Below, piece by piece: positions 50,613 to 64,000 of a stretch of 64,000 nt of DNA. The notes below the pieces were generated by a model. The model was given only the letters and a program-made list of their open reading frames with translations, was not told the origin of the DNA and ran no database searches. The translations under genes and the position numbers were made by a program. Source of the stretch: Eledone cirrhosa (Eukaryota); NCBI GenBank assembly GCA_964016885.1, contig OZ024743.1:197098001-197162000 (forward strand), in the 5' to 3' direction. How positions within the stretch are numbered: position 1 is the first letter of the stretch; each line of letters begins with the position of its first letter.

Positions 50613-51063
50613 ATTATACTGTAATACATTCAGATGTGTATAAAATTGTGAAAAAGAAAAAAAAAACTTTATCCATTATCATATACAAAGAAGACATTGC
50701 AAATTGCAGCAAAGTGAAGAGATTTCCTAAGGGGAGATGCAAATTAGTTGAAAGATTAACAGAGGAATCTTTTATGCAGGATTACAAGGGTATAAGTTCT
50801 TGCCGAAAGCGCCAACATCTTCTCTCACCCTTCCTTCCCACTCTCCTCCTTTTTCCTTCATGAGAAAAAATTTATTTATTTAATATTTTTTGCAATATAC
50901 TTTTTTCTTCACATTTACGCATAAGTTAATATCTGATGTACTTCATATATTCAAGAAAATAAACCATCTCATTAACATATACCCAGTGAACCGTATAACA
51001 ACTACAATCAAAATGTTATTCCCTCATAGACTCTATCATATTTTTTTTTATTTCTAGCTTTAT

Positions 51064-51460
51064 TGGTTTCCATCACAGTTTGAACTGATGGGGTTAGATT
51101 GAGGGAGCAGCAAAAGACCACATAGTATCACTATATTCCTGTTCTGCGGTGGCAAGCCCCTCATCTGGGATACAACATGCAGCAAGCAGCAACACGTTCT
51201 CGAGCAGCAACCTGGTGAATTCAGTAAGACCCAGGTTTTGTAGTCCAGCAAGATGAAGATCTCAAGCTGAAGATCCTAAGCTCAGCTGCTTTCTAATAAG
51301 GTTGTCATCGAACCTATAGCAGTGGAGATTTCTGGCACTCTGGGTCCCTGAATCACCTCCCTACTCTCTGCTATTAGCACCAAGTTGAAATGGCTCTTTC
51401 AACACATCTTCATCACTATCCTCCAGGGAAAACCTTTCTCTATTCTGTCCACTGGGAATA
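51064..51460 (+). mobile_element. Degenerate restriction-like endonuclease domain of a CRE-like non-LTR retrotransposon
   Basis: Across frameshifts: GLD*GSSKRPHSITIF...GKPLIWDTTC...EPIAVEISGTLGP...WLFQHIFITILQG..FSILS. This follows the RPDG..WDxT..PxAVETxG..FQRxS..RGNA pattern. Confidence 0.72.
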
Positions 51461-51659
51461 CTAAGCAGCACATGCCTAGGGTTGCATATTAGAGAGGCAG
51501 AGTTGACAAACGTGGATGGGGAGCATGACAACCTTTCATCAACTGGTTCATGTTGTTACCATTTGTCACTACATATGCATATACATGACTAACACAAACA
51601 TTAACTAAGCTACGAGATATATATGTTTTATTTCTTGGACCTTAGCAACACAGACTTAA

Positions 51660-51845
51660 CCTTTTAGCATTTAAACAGGCCAGAATTCTCTCACCTCTTT
51701 CTGTTCAAACCAGCTGGAACTGATGTTAAGGTATTGTTCTCAAAATAAATATCATCAAAATCTCGTAGCTTTGATGTTATGTGAGATAAAGTCTTTAATG
51801 TGAAATTACAATAGTATATATAGAGTAATGTAAATGCAAAAAGGA
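51660..51845 (-). mobile_element. piggyBac-type MITE, family 1
   Basis: Reverse-orientation copy starting TTAA-CCTTTTAGCATTTAAAC. Confidence 0.8.
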
Positions 51846-53111
51846 TTGAAATGTGTGTGGAGAGAGAGAGAGAGAGAGAGACAGAGAATCAACCCCAGTA
51901 CTGGACTGGTATTTTATTGACTGCACCTCAGCAAGATTTGAACACTTTCTGAATGAACAATTTCTGCTTTCATCCATTTTGGGGATCCTCTGAAGATCTT
52001 CAATAAGGGTGAAACTAGAAAATGTCTGCTTAAACTTTCAATCTGTTCTAATCTATATCCATCTAACACATACTAGCGTGGAAGAACGGACGTAAAACAG
52101 TGATGATGATGATGATGATGATGTTGATTCACAAATATACCTGTTTGTGTGTTTGCAATTGGGAGGAAAGACCATAGAAGCTTCATTAGAGCATGACTAT
52201 ATCTTAACCAGAGTTCTTTAATTATGAACCTGGTGCTAAATTATTAGCGCCGATATGTCAACATAAGGCATCACAGCAGAATAAAGAATGGGAAAAGTGA
52301 CAAGTTAAACGAACATATAAGTATATTCCCACAACAAATATGATTCTTAAAAATCTCTATTTTTATTTTAATTATTCCACCCACCCACTGCCAGCGAATG
52401 GAATTTGAAACAAAATCTAATGAAAATAGAGACTATTGTTCAAAAATTTGATCCAAACAAAATGGAAACTATATTTACATTACACACATACACACATTCT
52501 ATGTGATAAAGAAACATCTGTTCTGGCAATTAATATCAAAACTAAAATAAAACAAAGTTAAATAACAATATGAACCTAGTAAGCAGCTTAGTATTAGTGG
52601 GAAGACTGCAATGAAACAGCAACCTTATAAGTCAAACAGATATATTTTAATAAGTCTAATGATTAGATAGAAAGAAATATTTTAAATATTTCAAAGATAA
52701 CATTGAAATAGGAAATGGGAGATTTAGATATAAAAATAAGGATGTTAATATCCTCCATAACTAGAAAGACTACCCATGTAAACTGTCTTCTCATTATTAT
52801 AAGATCATTATTTTTGTATATTAATTATACAAATACTCATTATCATGTAAAACTAAAAATATGTTTACACTATATTTACATCAGCAGATGTTTTTCCAAT
52901 TACTATATCTTGTCATATAGTATATAACCAGATGTTTATATAATCATATTGAAATTTAATTAATATAATTATTTCATTAGTAGCAATTAGGAGCACTGAA
53001 TTGTAGAAAAAAATGTAGAATTTTATTTTATTAATTAGGGAAGGAAGCCCATGAACCTTTCTAGCTTCTCCACAACTGGTTGTGGGGAGAGAGGAAATAA
53101 AATATCCTTAA

Positions 53112-53332
53112 CTTTTTAGCATTTAAACCGGCTATATCCAGCCAGTATTCTATCACTGCTTTTTGTTCAAAGCAGCTGTAACCGGCCACTCATACTGATG
53201 TTAAGGTATTGTTCTAAAAATAAATAACATAAAAATTTCGTAGATACAATATTATGTGAGATAATTATGTGAAGTAAAGCCTTTACTCTGAAAATATAAT
53301 AGTATATATACAGTAATGTAAATGTTAAAGGG
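53112..53332 (-). mobile_element. piggyBac-type MITE, family 1
   Basis: TTAA flanks; reverse-orientation body; ends TAAATGTTAAAGGG. Confidence 0.88.
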
Positions 53333-55024
53333 TTAAACTGGAGACTTGACCAGAATATTTTGAAAAAATTGGATTTGGCTAAAAGTATTCAATGACCAGA
53401 TGGAGAAATTAAACTCTGCAGCAGATTATATCCACCACTCAAGTAAGCAATACTGGGATTTGAACTCATAACAAATGCCACAAAGTATCATGTCTTACAC
53501 TCCATCACTTCAACCAACCATCCCCCACCTTAGACTGGTACTTCATTTTAATTATAATAAACAAACAATAAAAGTTACACATTTTCCCTTTCTTTGTAAT
53601 TCTTATTTATATTTGTTAGAAATGTAGTCATAAGTAAAATATCCTTCATGGACTGTAGAGATTAAATGGTTGCTGAAGGTTCTTTAACTAAATTATTACC
53701 ATATATAAAGTTGACATAAGCAGGATTTGAACTCAGAAAACATGCCACAAGGTATCTTGTCTGACACTCCAACAATTCAACCAAACCATTCCCCCATCCT
53801 AGACTGGTACTTCAGTTTATTAAAAGATGAAATATAAAGCAGACATAAGTAGGATTTGAACTCAGAAAGCAAAGAGCTGAAATGAATACTGTGGTGAGAT
53901 AGAAATCATAGTATTAACAGGAAACATTGAAATTATTAGTTCTAATGATGGTGAAATAGTAGTATTATAATGATAGTAATAATGATTGTTGCACAATTCC
54001 ATACAAAGATGTTGTCATGTATACAACAATCGTAACAGCAGTTGTGGCAGTCTATTCTTAAAGGAAACACAGATGTCAAATCATGATGTGTTTGAAAAAC
54101 TATAGCAAAGATTCATTTGGTCCTTCATACATAGTGGGCCATTGTCAGGAGAATTTCATTTTGTTTAGAAGTGAAGAAAGAAAGCAAGGTTGGGTGGTTC
54201 ATTGTAAAAGCATTGAGTTAAGATTTCTCAGACACTAGCATGGACTATTGAAGTGAATGCTATATGGAAAGAATCTGGTGGAAAGGCAACAACAATGGAA
54301 ACCAGCTATGATGGGTCATGATGGATTGATGGGACAATAAATCCCAAAGAAATTACTCACACTTCACCAGCAACCTATAGCAATCTAATTCCCCATCTCT
54401 GCAGGGCAGCTCATAAAGACAAGCGAAAATACAATAGAAGAAACGCCATTCAAAAATTTTCAACAGCAACTGTTGATGGTAAAGATTTTGGTGAAAGCAA
54501 CAAATAAGAGGAGAGGACAAAGGAGATTTAGAAAATAATTCAGCATTATGTTGACTCTAGAATCAACTACATTGTGCTAGCAATTGAGAGAGGGAAAAAT
54601 TTGACATATTCCTATAAACATGTTGCAGGTGTGTAGACCTAAACAAAAAGAATATTATATAACACAGAAAGCAGTTATTCAATACTGTATTGTAAGGGTA
54701 AGTAATAGAAAAATAACACACCTACACACATAAAACAACTGAGAAGAGAGGAACAATGAAAAAATGTCTTATGTTCAACAAATCTCACTATAGTAAAGTT
54801 TTTCTTTTTATTTTCTGGTTGTATTTCTTTACACAAACTTAATTCATTCAGAACAGATTATTCATGGGAAATAAGTTATAAATCCCATCTTACACCGAGA
54901 CATGGATTTAAATTACAATTGTAGATTTAGATTTAAGATAATAGTTTCAATATGAGTTATCTTTTAATTATTTCTTTTTCTATTAATAACAAGCACAAAC
55001 AGAAATGTGTGACACTCTTTTACA

Positions 55025-55335
55025 GTATAACTGGTTTTAGCCAGACTGAAGCAATGCTAGAGGCCCAAACATCAAGTGTTTAATTAATCACATAGAATTA
55101 GGTATAACTGGTTTCAGTTGGACTGGAGCAATACTGGAGGCCCAAACATCAAGAGTTTAGTTAATCAAATGCAGTCTGGTATGACTGATTATAGTCAGAC
55201 TGGAGCAATACTGGAAGCCCAAACATCAAGTATTTAGTTAATCACATACAGTCTGGTATGACTGATTATAGTCAGACTGGAGCAATACTGGAAGCCCAAA
55301 CATCAAGTATTTAGTTAATCACATACAGTCTGGTA
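55025..55335. repeat. 77-bp tandem repeat, four copies
   Basis: Unit starts at 55025, 55102, 55179 and 55256 (GTATRACTG...CCCAAACATCAAG...TTAATCA). Confidence 0.92.
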
Positions 55336-55731
55336 CTTACATTAAGGATCTGTTTGTTAAACTACCATATTATGGGAGCTAAAGGACACAACATAAACAA
55401 TACCTATTATTGACCTATTGTTTTTTAAGACAAAAAACATGACAGCATGACCCCTCATTTGCCCCCACATTTGAATAAGGGTTCATACACTAGTTTCCAT
55501 ATCTATATAGATAAAGTAATAGGAAACTATTCCAGTGTATTATACATGCTACCCTATGAATATATCAATAGTAGTCTACTTATTAAGAGAGAGAGAGCAT
55601 TCTTGCTAGCTCAACCCACTTAGTGTTGGGGAATGAAGGTATGAAGGTACATTGTAACTTCAGAAATAGTTGTTTTTTTCCCAATACATTCATAATATCG
55701 CAATATATGCTCAAAAAACACAAAAACAAAA

Positions 55732-55949
55732 CTTTAGCATTTAAACTGGCCATATCCGGCCAGAATTCTCTCACTTCTTTCTGTTCAAACTAGCTTTAAC
55801 TGGACACTCATACAGATGATAAGGTATAGTTCTCAAAATAAATAATATGTAAATATCAGAGATTCAATATCATGTGGGATACTATGTGAGATAAAGCCTT
55901 TACTGTGAAAATACAATAGTATATATCGAGTTATGTAAATGCTAAAAGG
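55732..55949 (-). mobile_element. piggyBac-type MITE, family 1
   Basis: CTTTAGCATTTAAAC ... TAAATGCTAAAAGG-TTAA. Confidence 0.85.
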
Positions 55950-56629
55950 TTAAACATATAGGATGAACTAATGTCAGAAAAGTGGACAGGATGAACACAG
56001 AGGGCTGGTTGAACGATGTGTTCTTCATACATTGCAACATTATTTACCATTTGTGCAAAAGCCATCAGAGAAAGTGTCTTACAAAGTCTTCAAAATATTT
56101 ACACAAACACTACTAGATAAAATTTATAAACAATTCAGAAAAAAACATAACTTTACAGGAACAATAACAGGTAAAAACCTGGAGTAATTTTGTTTTTTTC
56201 CTTTCCAATGATGCATGACAGCTCAAAATACATTTTAAAATAAGCACTTCATACCCCAAAAATTAACTTGGTAAGCAACACAAAAAATAATGAAAATTAA
56301 TTTAAAATTTTGCAATACAATAATGACAGCATTAAAAACACCTTTATGGAACTAAAAGATGTTATCACTACTCGTGTTTATATAGCAATAATTCAATAAC
56401 CCTTCTTACTATGAAAACAGAGAACATCCACCATTCAAAATTATATTCAAATTAGACTAGACAGTCTGTATAACATTGATAAAAACTTACATTCAATGTA
56501 TTGATATAAAGAATGACATTTGTAAACTAACAGACAAATAATGTTACCCTAGAAATGCACACTTCAAAAAGAAGAAAAAAAGTAATACAAAACGCATTTA
56601 TATTTTCCATTTCTTTTGTTCATCTAGTT

Positions 56630-56866
56630 CAGTGCTTCTCAAACTTTTGGGGCCACTTCCCCCTCATGGCTATGTAATACCCTCAGCGCCCCCAACCCTA
56701 TTTCCAGAGAGACCGGCATACACAGAAATTGTAAATAATATCATATATACTATCATTTGATATTTAATATACTACTATATCATCTCTGCAATCCCCCCAC
56801 CCCCTGTGCCACCTGGACCTTCTCAACGCCCCAGGGGGGCAGTAGCGCCCATTTTGAGAACCTCTG
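56630..56866. mobile_element. hAT/Charlie-like MITE
   Basis: Perfect 8-bp duplication ATCTAGTT at 56622-56629 and 56867-56874. TIRs CAGTGCTTCTCAAA / TTTGAGAACCTCTG. Confidence 0.92.
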
Positions 56867-58959
56867 ATCTAGTTGAATGAATTAGATATGAGAATGTCCA
56901 GAAATGTTACCTATGATTAGAGGTTATCATTCTAACAAAAATTTAAGATATTGGTCTTAATGTCAGAAAATTAGAGCCTGGCATTGACCAGTAAAATTGT
57001 GGGTTATGAGGATCATTTTCATTTTTGTCTTATTTCAAATTTTTATAAAACATTCAAAAGTAAAGTTCAAAAGTTTGATCATTTCATATTTATAGCACAC
57101 AAGATTTGTTGTCTTGTGGAACTCCATGTACCTGCAGGGAGTTCCTCAAAAGAGATAGCAGCTGTAATATTGACCGTAAATATAGACACAACGATTCAAA
57201 TTTTGAATATGGGAATAGTGCTGATGCCACAAAAGAATAACCACACACGCCGAGTACATTCTGTAAGGTAGTTAGCATTAGAAATAGCATCCAACCATAG
57301 AAACTATGTCAAATATGGAACATATGAGCAAAACGGGTCAATCTGACTAATCTTGTCTCGGACCATGATAATCCTCCTAACCTATATGCCAGATGTAAAA
57401 TGATAATGATGATAATATTGTCTGCCATTCTACAGATTCTTACCAGCTGTAATAACTAACAAATCAAGGATTTACACTGAAACTTTCTCTTTTCAGTTTG
57501 CACTTACTCAATATCTATGCCAATCACAAACACACATTTAAATCAAGAACTCATTAGGGCTGATTACAAGTAGTAAATCTCCGTATTCTATCTACTACAA
57601 AGAAAAACACATTGTACAATGTATTCCATGATATACAAAAATATAACAGGATAATCATAGCTAGAACCTTCTGTAATTGTTCTGCTCAGTCAGAGTTGAA
57701 TTGGGGGCTAAACAACAACAACAATAACAGCAAGAAGAATTCTATTGACTAAATTTCCAAAAAAACACAATCCTGCAATAATAATCAGGATGACTGTTGC
57801 ATAACAAATTACATCAAGTGGTTGAGTAGATGTCTGCTTGAGGAATGCCGGCAGGGTCTACTTTACATCGATGTTATAGTAGCATAGCTCTAATACATAG
57901 GTGTAATATCTCATATTATATATAGATATATGTTTGCAAATATTTTTATAGGTAAAAACACACCTAGATGTTCATTGAAAAGTAAGTTAGTTGTTATGAC
58001 ATCTTCATTTAGTTGAAGGAAATAATATCATAAATGATCCAAGGAATTGATACACTTCAACACAAGAATGTACACACAATCATATATAAGCATGTGCACA
58101 TTCACACACATGTGCAAGTATAATCACATGCACGCACACTCACATATATTAAATACCAGATAAACAAATAAGATATATGAAACATATATAGCATTTAGTT
58201 TGAGAGGAATTTTCAAAATTGTCAGGTGTAGAAATCGCAACTGAATGCATTTTGTTCAATGTGAATATAAGAAAAATGAAACAAAGCTGGATATAAACAA
58301 ACAAACAAACAAACAAAAGAAAGAAATAGATAGAAAGAAAACAAAAAGATTTACTGATGAGTATTTAATATTATTTTATTTTGTTTGCTTAAAAGACAAC
58401 TGAGCCTTGTACACTGAATCTGTCTTTCTCCACCCAGCTCACAATCAAGGCAAAAGAGGGAAGGTAGGAGATGAGGTAAACAAATAAATATAATGAAACT
58501 AAAGACACATATTGAGAGAAGAAGAAAATAGATAAAAAAACAAACAAACCCCACTTAAAACATATATAAATAAATGAATTTACAATAAAAAAAAATTGGA
58601 AAGGCAAGCTTAGAAGAATGAGAAATGAAAGACAAACAAAACAGCACAAAAGAAAATGCAAATAGAGAAAGGGAGAAGATTGATGCAGATTGTTAACAAG
58701 AAACATATTAAATGTCAAGAAAAATAAAATAAGAAAAATTATGAGGAATCGAATATGGAAATTCCATAGAATACAATGAACAATAAGTGGCTCTTGTTCC
58801 TTGCAACAAACTAGCTAAACAACTCCTCAGCAAAATGTCTTTATTGTTATACGTGTCTGGCTGAAAAGAAGCTGGATTTTTCCTCGGCCTATTACATTGG
58901 CGATTTTGTTTTGTTCTGGCATTTCTCTTTTTCTCCAATTCTGTTTTTGTTCTGGGAGA

Positions 58960-59726
<767 letters not shown>

Positions 59727-60307
59727 GCTTTTCTTCTTTTCTCTTCACACAATGCTTCTTGGCACTAACAACAGCTTGGCTGTCACCGCCATCTTAGAGA
59801 TTTACACTTCCTTTCACTGCACAAACTAATATTATGGATATTTTCTAAAAAGTATTGATGGACAACAATAATCAGTATATTGTTTGTGAAAGATCGAAGA
59901 ATTCACCCGCTTTGCGATTTTCCAACAAGATTTCAAAACTGACAGTCAGAAACTGCATGAATGCCTAGAGCCCAAAGCTAGGAAGGCAATCACACATTGA
60001 ATGGCAAACATATGGGGGTCAGGAAGGATCACATGCACCAATATTTGTGGAAAACAGTAGATTTGTAAAAAATAACCAAAGACAAAAAAAGAAAAACAAA
60101 AAAAAAACTACTACACAAAAAACAAAGAAACATTCTTCCCCCCAGGAGAAAATCTGTCGTGATTCTATGGAAAAATAACTCTCCAGCAATGAAGACTGCA
60201 GAATTTTTGAATTAGATATTACGAAAATAATGTCTTGGCAGTTTGAAGTACAACATACAGCATCTCTTTTGTGCTGGTTAACTATACAAACTGAGATACC
60301 ATTATTG

Positions 60308-60417
60308 TATATACACACACACACACACACACACATGTATATATCACATGTATAAATACATATACACATTCGTATATACACACATATATATATTCATATG
60401 TATAAATACACACATAC

Positions 60418-60472
<55 letters not shown>

Positions 60473-60602
60473 CACATTCATATATCTGTATACAAACACA
60501 CACATTGTGTGTGTGTGTGTGTATATATAATAAATATATATATACATATACACACATACATACACACATGTATGTATGTTTATCTGTCTGTGTGTGCGTA
60601 TA
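60308..60602. repeat. Compound (CA)/(TA)/(TG) microsatellite
   Basis: Direct reading of the sequence. Confidence 0.9.
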
Positions 60603-61066
60603 CTGACACATAAACACTGATCTGTATACATCCTTATGTATATGAAAAATACAAAATAGGAAAGGAACAAATAGAATAGAAAAGCAATGACACAAAGCCC
60701 AATGGCAAAATAGCAAAATATAACCAACAAAGATATGGCTGGAATGATTTTGATATGTTTATTCTCAGCAGTGTACCAAACTCTGTGGATACAATACAAC
60801 AAAGACCTTTGAAAGAGTAACCTTCAAGCAACAGTATACTAAAAATACTGCCACCTTCAATTATGAAATAAAATGCATCTATACATTTATTATCACTAAT
60901 CTATCTACTTCACAAAGTATACTTACTTGTATTAATAATGATGCTTCCTAATGACGTTATAAATCTGACTACATTGAGGCCATTGTTGTCAACAAGAGAC
61001 CAGTAGATTGTTCTTGCTTACACACACACACACACACACACAAATACACTCACACTCACATGTATA

Positions 61067-61190
61067 TCATCATTGTTTAATGTCCATTTTCCCTGCTAGC
61101 AAGGGTTAGATGAGTTGGCCCATTAAAAGCAAGTCCAGTCAGGTGTGGCTAGGTTTCTACAACTAGATGCCCTCCCTAATGCCAACCACA
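61067..61190 (-). mobile_element. SINE/LINE 3'-domain copy
   Basis: ATCATCATTGTTTAATGTCCATTTTCCCTGCTAGC tail and TAGATGCCCTCCCTAATGCCAACC core. Confidence 0.75.
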
Positions 61191-61743
61191 TTTTATATAA
61201 ATATATACCTACATATATCAATTAAAAAGTTAATTGTCTCTAGTACTTGGACATCTCAATGTAAAGATTAAATATACAGATAAATTATCAATTCAGAGAA
61301 GTAATTAACCATATTAAACTTAAGCCAAAATCTTAATTTGGAGGTGGGAGATATAAGCTAGACAAACGGAAATAAGTAAATTTTACTCATAAAAGGTCCT
61401 CAACCATGGTTTCTGGAATCAAGAAACAATATTAATTATTTCAAAACATTGCAATAATCAATATTGGAAGAATTTAATTGGTTGTTCCAATAAAAATATA
61501 GTGGAAGCTTTTTATTGTATAAAAATGGGTAGTTTTTCAGGGAATTTGGTATCAAAAGGGTTAACCTCTCTGATACTAAACTATCTTTGGTTCTATGATT
61601 CAAGACTGCTTGTTTTACTGTATTTATATTTTATCTAAAAATGTTACATGTTAATTTCATGTAAGAACCTTTGTTAAGTGGAATAGAAAATATTATAAGA
61701 TCACTTAACATTTAACTCTACATTTGCCTCCATCTCTTATTAT

Positions 61744-61929
61744 TCCCATCTCTCCCTATTATAAGCAAATGGGGACCCATGGACTGGCCACCCCACGGCC
61801 CCAGTGGACAGAATAGAGAAGGCATTTACACAGAGGTTGGTGAGGGAGACGCATTGGAAGAGCCAACTCCATGCCAATGGGGGAGAGTAGGAAGGTGGTC
61901 CTAGGGCCAAGGATAGCAGAAATCTCCAC
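61744..61929 (-). mobile_element. 3' fragment of the CRE-like retrotransposon, inside a family 2 MITE
   Basis: VEISAILGPRTTFLLS...WLFQCVSLTNLCVNAFSILSTG, ending TTATAATAGGGAGAGATGGG like the copy at 40104. Confidence 0.72.
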
Positions 61930-64000
61930 TTTGTTAAGTTGTACTCCAAATATCATCATATTAATGAGTGTCTTTCATTAGAGATATGGAAACAAAAAGG
62001 TTAAGTCTACTACTGAAGAACAAGTAGTTTATTTGATGGGTTCTCATAGTTTTTATCACTTCAATTTCATATACATAATTGGGTTGACCGAAAGCCATTG
62101 TAAGAAACAGTTTTAAAAGTTACTCCACAGCAGAATTGAACACACTGATGAGACCCATCAAGATTAAAATATGTCCATTGTTTTCACAAGTTGGCTATCA
62201 GGCAAGATCTACATCATTACATTGTCCTAGTTTACAAACAACTTTGATTAATTTGATATTGTTTAAATTGCTTTTCTTGTTACATGCTTCTAGAAATTGA
62301 TCCCCTAAAGGAAGTTTGTATCTTCCAATCACAAAGACCATCTAAATTAATAGAAATTTGAAAATGAGAGAATCGCAAATGTAAAAAATAACATTTTCAA
62401 ACTTCAAACACCCACAGCACTTTAATAATTCATGTGGTTAATTAAAGTCTGTTAGTTTAGATGATTAGATGATATATGTTTGGGTCTGTTAGTTTAGATG
62501 TATAGATGATACATGTTTGGGTCTGTGAATAGTGTTGAACTACAGTCACTTTATTTGCATTTATGATGGGGCATTTAAAAGTTATGGTTACACACACACA
62601 CACATATATAACAATAAGCCCACTGCAATACTGTTACCCACTCTAAAAACTTTCTACCTGTGTTCTTTGGCAATGAAGAGTCGAGTTGAGACCCCCAACC
62701 CCGTCTTTACTCTTGTATACATACAGCACACATTTACTCATCTCCATTTTAGGATCTCTACAATCTCTCCAAACCAACTTTCCACCATGGTGATGTTGAT
62801 GGTGCAAACCTTGAAGTTTTGTACCTGACAGGAAGAAAAAAGTTTCTGGGAGTGCTAACACACAAACACACACAACATTCAAATAACTCACACAATTGCT
62901 ATTTATCAACATTCAGCATGCACCAAGTATATGCATGCATGCGCGCACACACTAACACACACATCCACAACTAAACACTTCCACAGATTTTTCCCCAAAA
63001 ACATTTTATATGCAAAAAAAAAAAAGGAAATTTTCAAAAATGAAAGGTAACTTAGATATATTTATAAAAATCAAAGCATCTCTTAACAGATTATCTAAAA
63101 CTTTACATTTTACAATCATGCACACACATACACATATATAAATATACAGAGAAAAAAAAATTGTTTCCTCACTAATAATTTAGTAATGTTTCAAAGATCA
63201 TATATGCCAGTGGGGAAAGGGGGCAACACATCAATGAAATGTTTTTTTTTTTTTTTTCATGACATTTGAATCCTAAAATATATAATCCAATGATAAAGAC
63301 AAAAATATAATTGAAATCCATAAATATATTTTGCAAAGTCTCATTTTCGCTGACTATAATATAGTTTTGATGAAATGAAACATGCTATAAAATATTCTAT
63401 ATTTTTCAAAGCGCCTTAACAACCTTTTTTTTTAGTTTTTGTTTTTTCTCATTATTATTATTATATATGTATTATATCTATATTTTGTGGGGTATCTTTT
63501 GATGCAATCTCTGTTCTATCTTCAACTTTTTCTTTCTATATTTTTTCTTCTTTCTTTTCCTCAATTCCATCAATGAACCTCAAAGAAAGACTTGTTTTAA
63601 TAACAAGGTTGAAATATTTACAGTAATTAAATATGATTATTAAACTAACATTTGTTTCACTGATATAGATAAGGATGTTTGTCTATTTTGCTAAAAATAA
63701 TATTTACTTTATTAAAACCAAATTGGGAGACGTAAAACAAAATCTAAAACAAAATAAAAAGCGAATATAAAACACATACATACACACTCACAAAGAAAGA
63801 AAGAAAACATAGTATTAGTAGATGAGAGATGAGAATGATGAGTTAACAAATTGCAGAATGGGTAGAACATTTCCGAAAAAGCTGATGATAAACATAGATA
63901 TTGAGCTTTTAACTATGTAATAGAAAGTGTTGTAGAATTTTGTGTTTGCAGTTATTATTTGTCAATCTCCATTATTTGTAAAAATACAGGGAAGCAAGTT

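Noticed and set aside
62140-62180. CTGATGAGACCCATCAAGATTAAAATATGTC as a hammerhead
   Set aside because: The GAAA box and stem II are broken; at best a decayed relic.

Overview
AT-rich, microsatellite-dense eukaryotic (metazoan) DNA. The repeat families and composition look to me like an octopus/coleoid genome, but that is an inference. The only host coding sequence I can support is two minus-strand exons of a branched-chain amino-acid aminotransferase (BCAT), at 19929-20039 and 4988-5107. They are separated by a 14.8-kb intron and I found no further exons, so the whole window appears to be BCAT intron space. That space holds a 3.3-kb 23-bp satellite, a near-intact RTE-clade LINE with a PHD-like finger, two mariner elements, many piggyBac-type and hAT-type MITEs, tRNA-derived SINEs, and CRE-like, CR1-like and RTE fragments. 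The most interesting signal is a ~900-bp non-coding element at 38457-39354. It is built from two head-to-head, circularly permuted copies, each carrying a complete type I hammerhead ribozyme motif (Penelope/retrozyme-like). Partial hammerheads and similar inverted architectures, one enclosing a tRNA-like unit, recur next to (TA)n tracts. Nearly all long ORFs in the supplied track are artefacts of tandem repeats.
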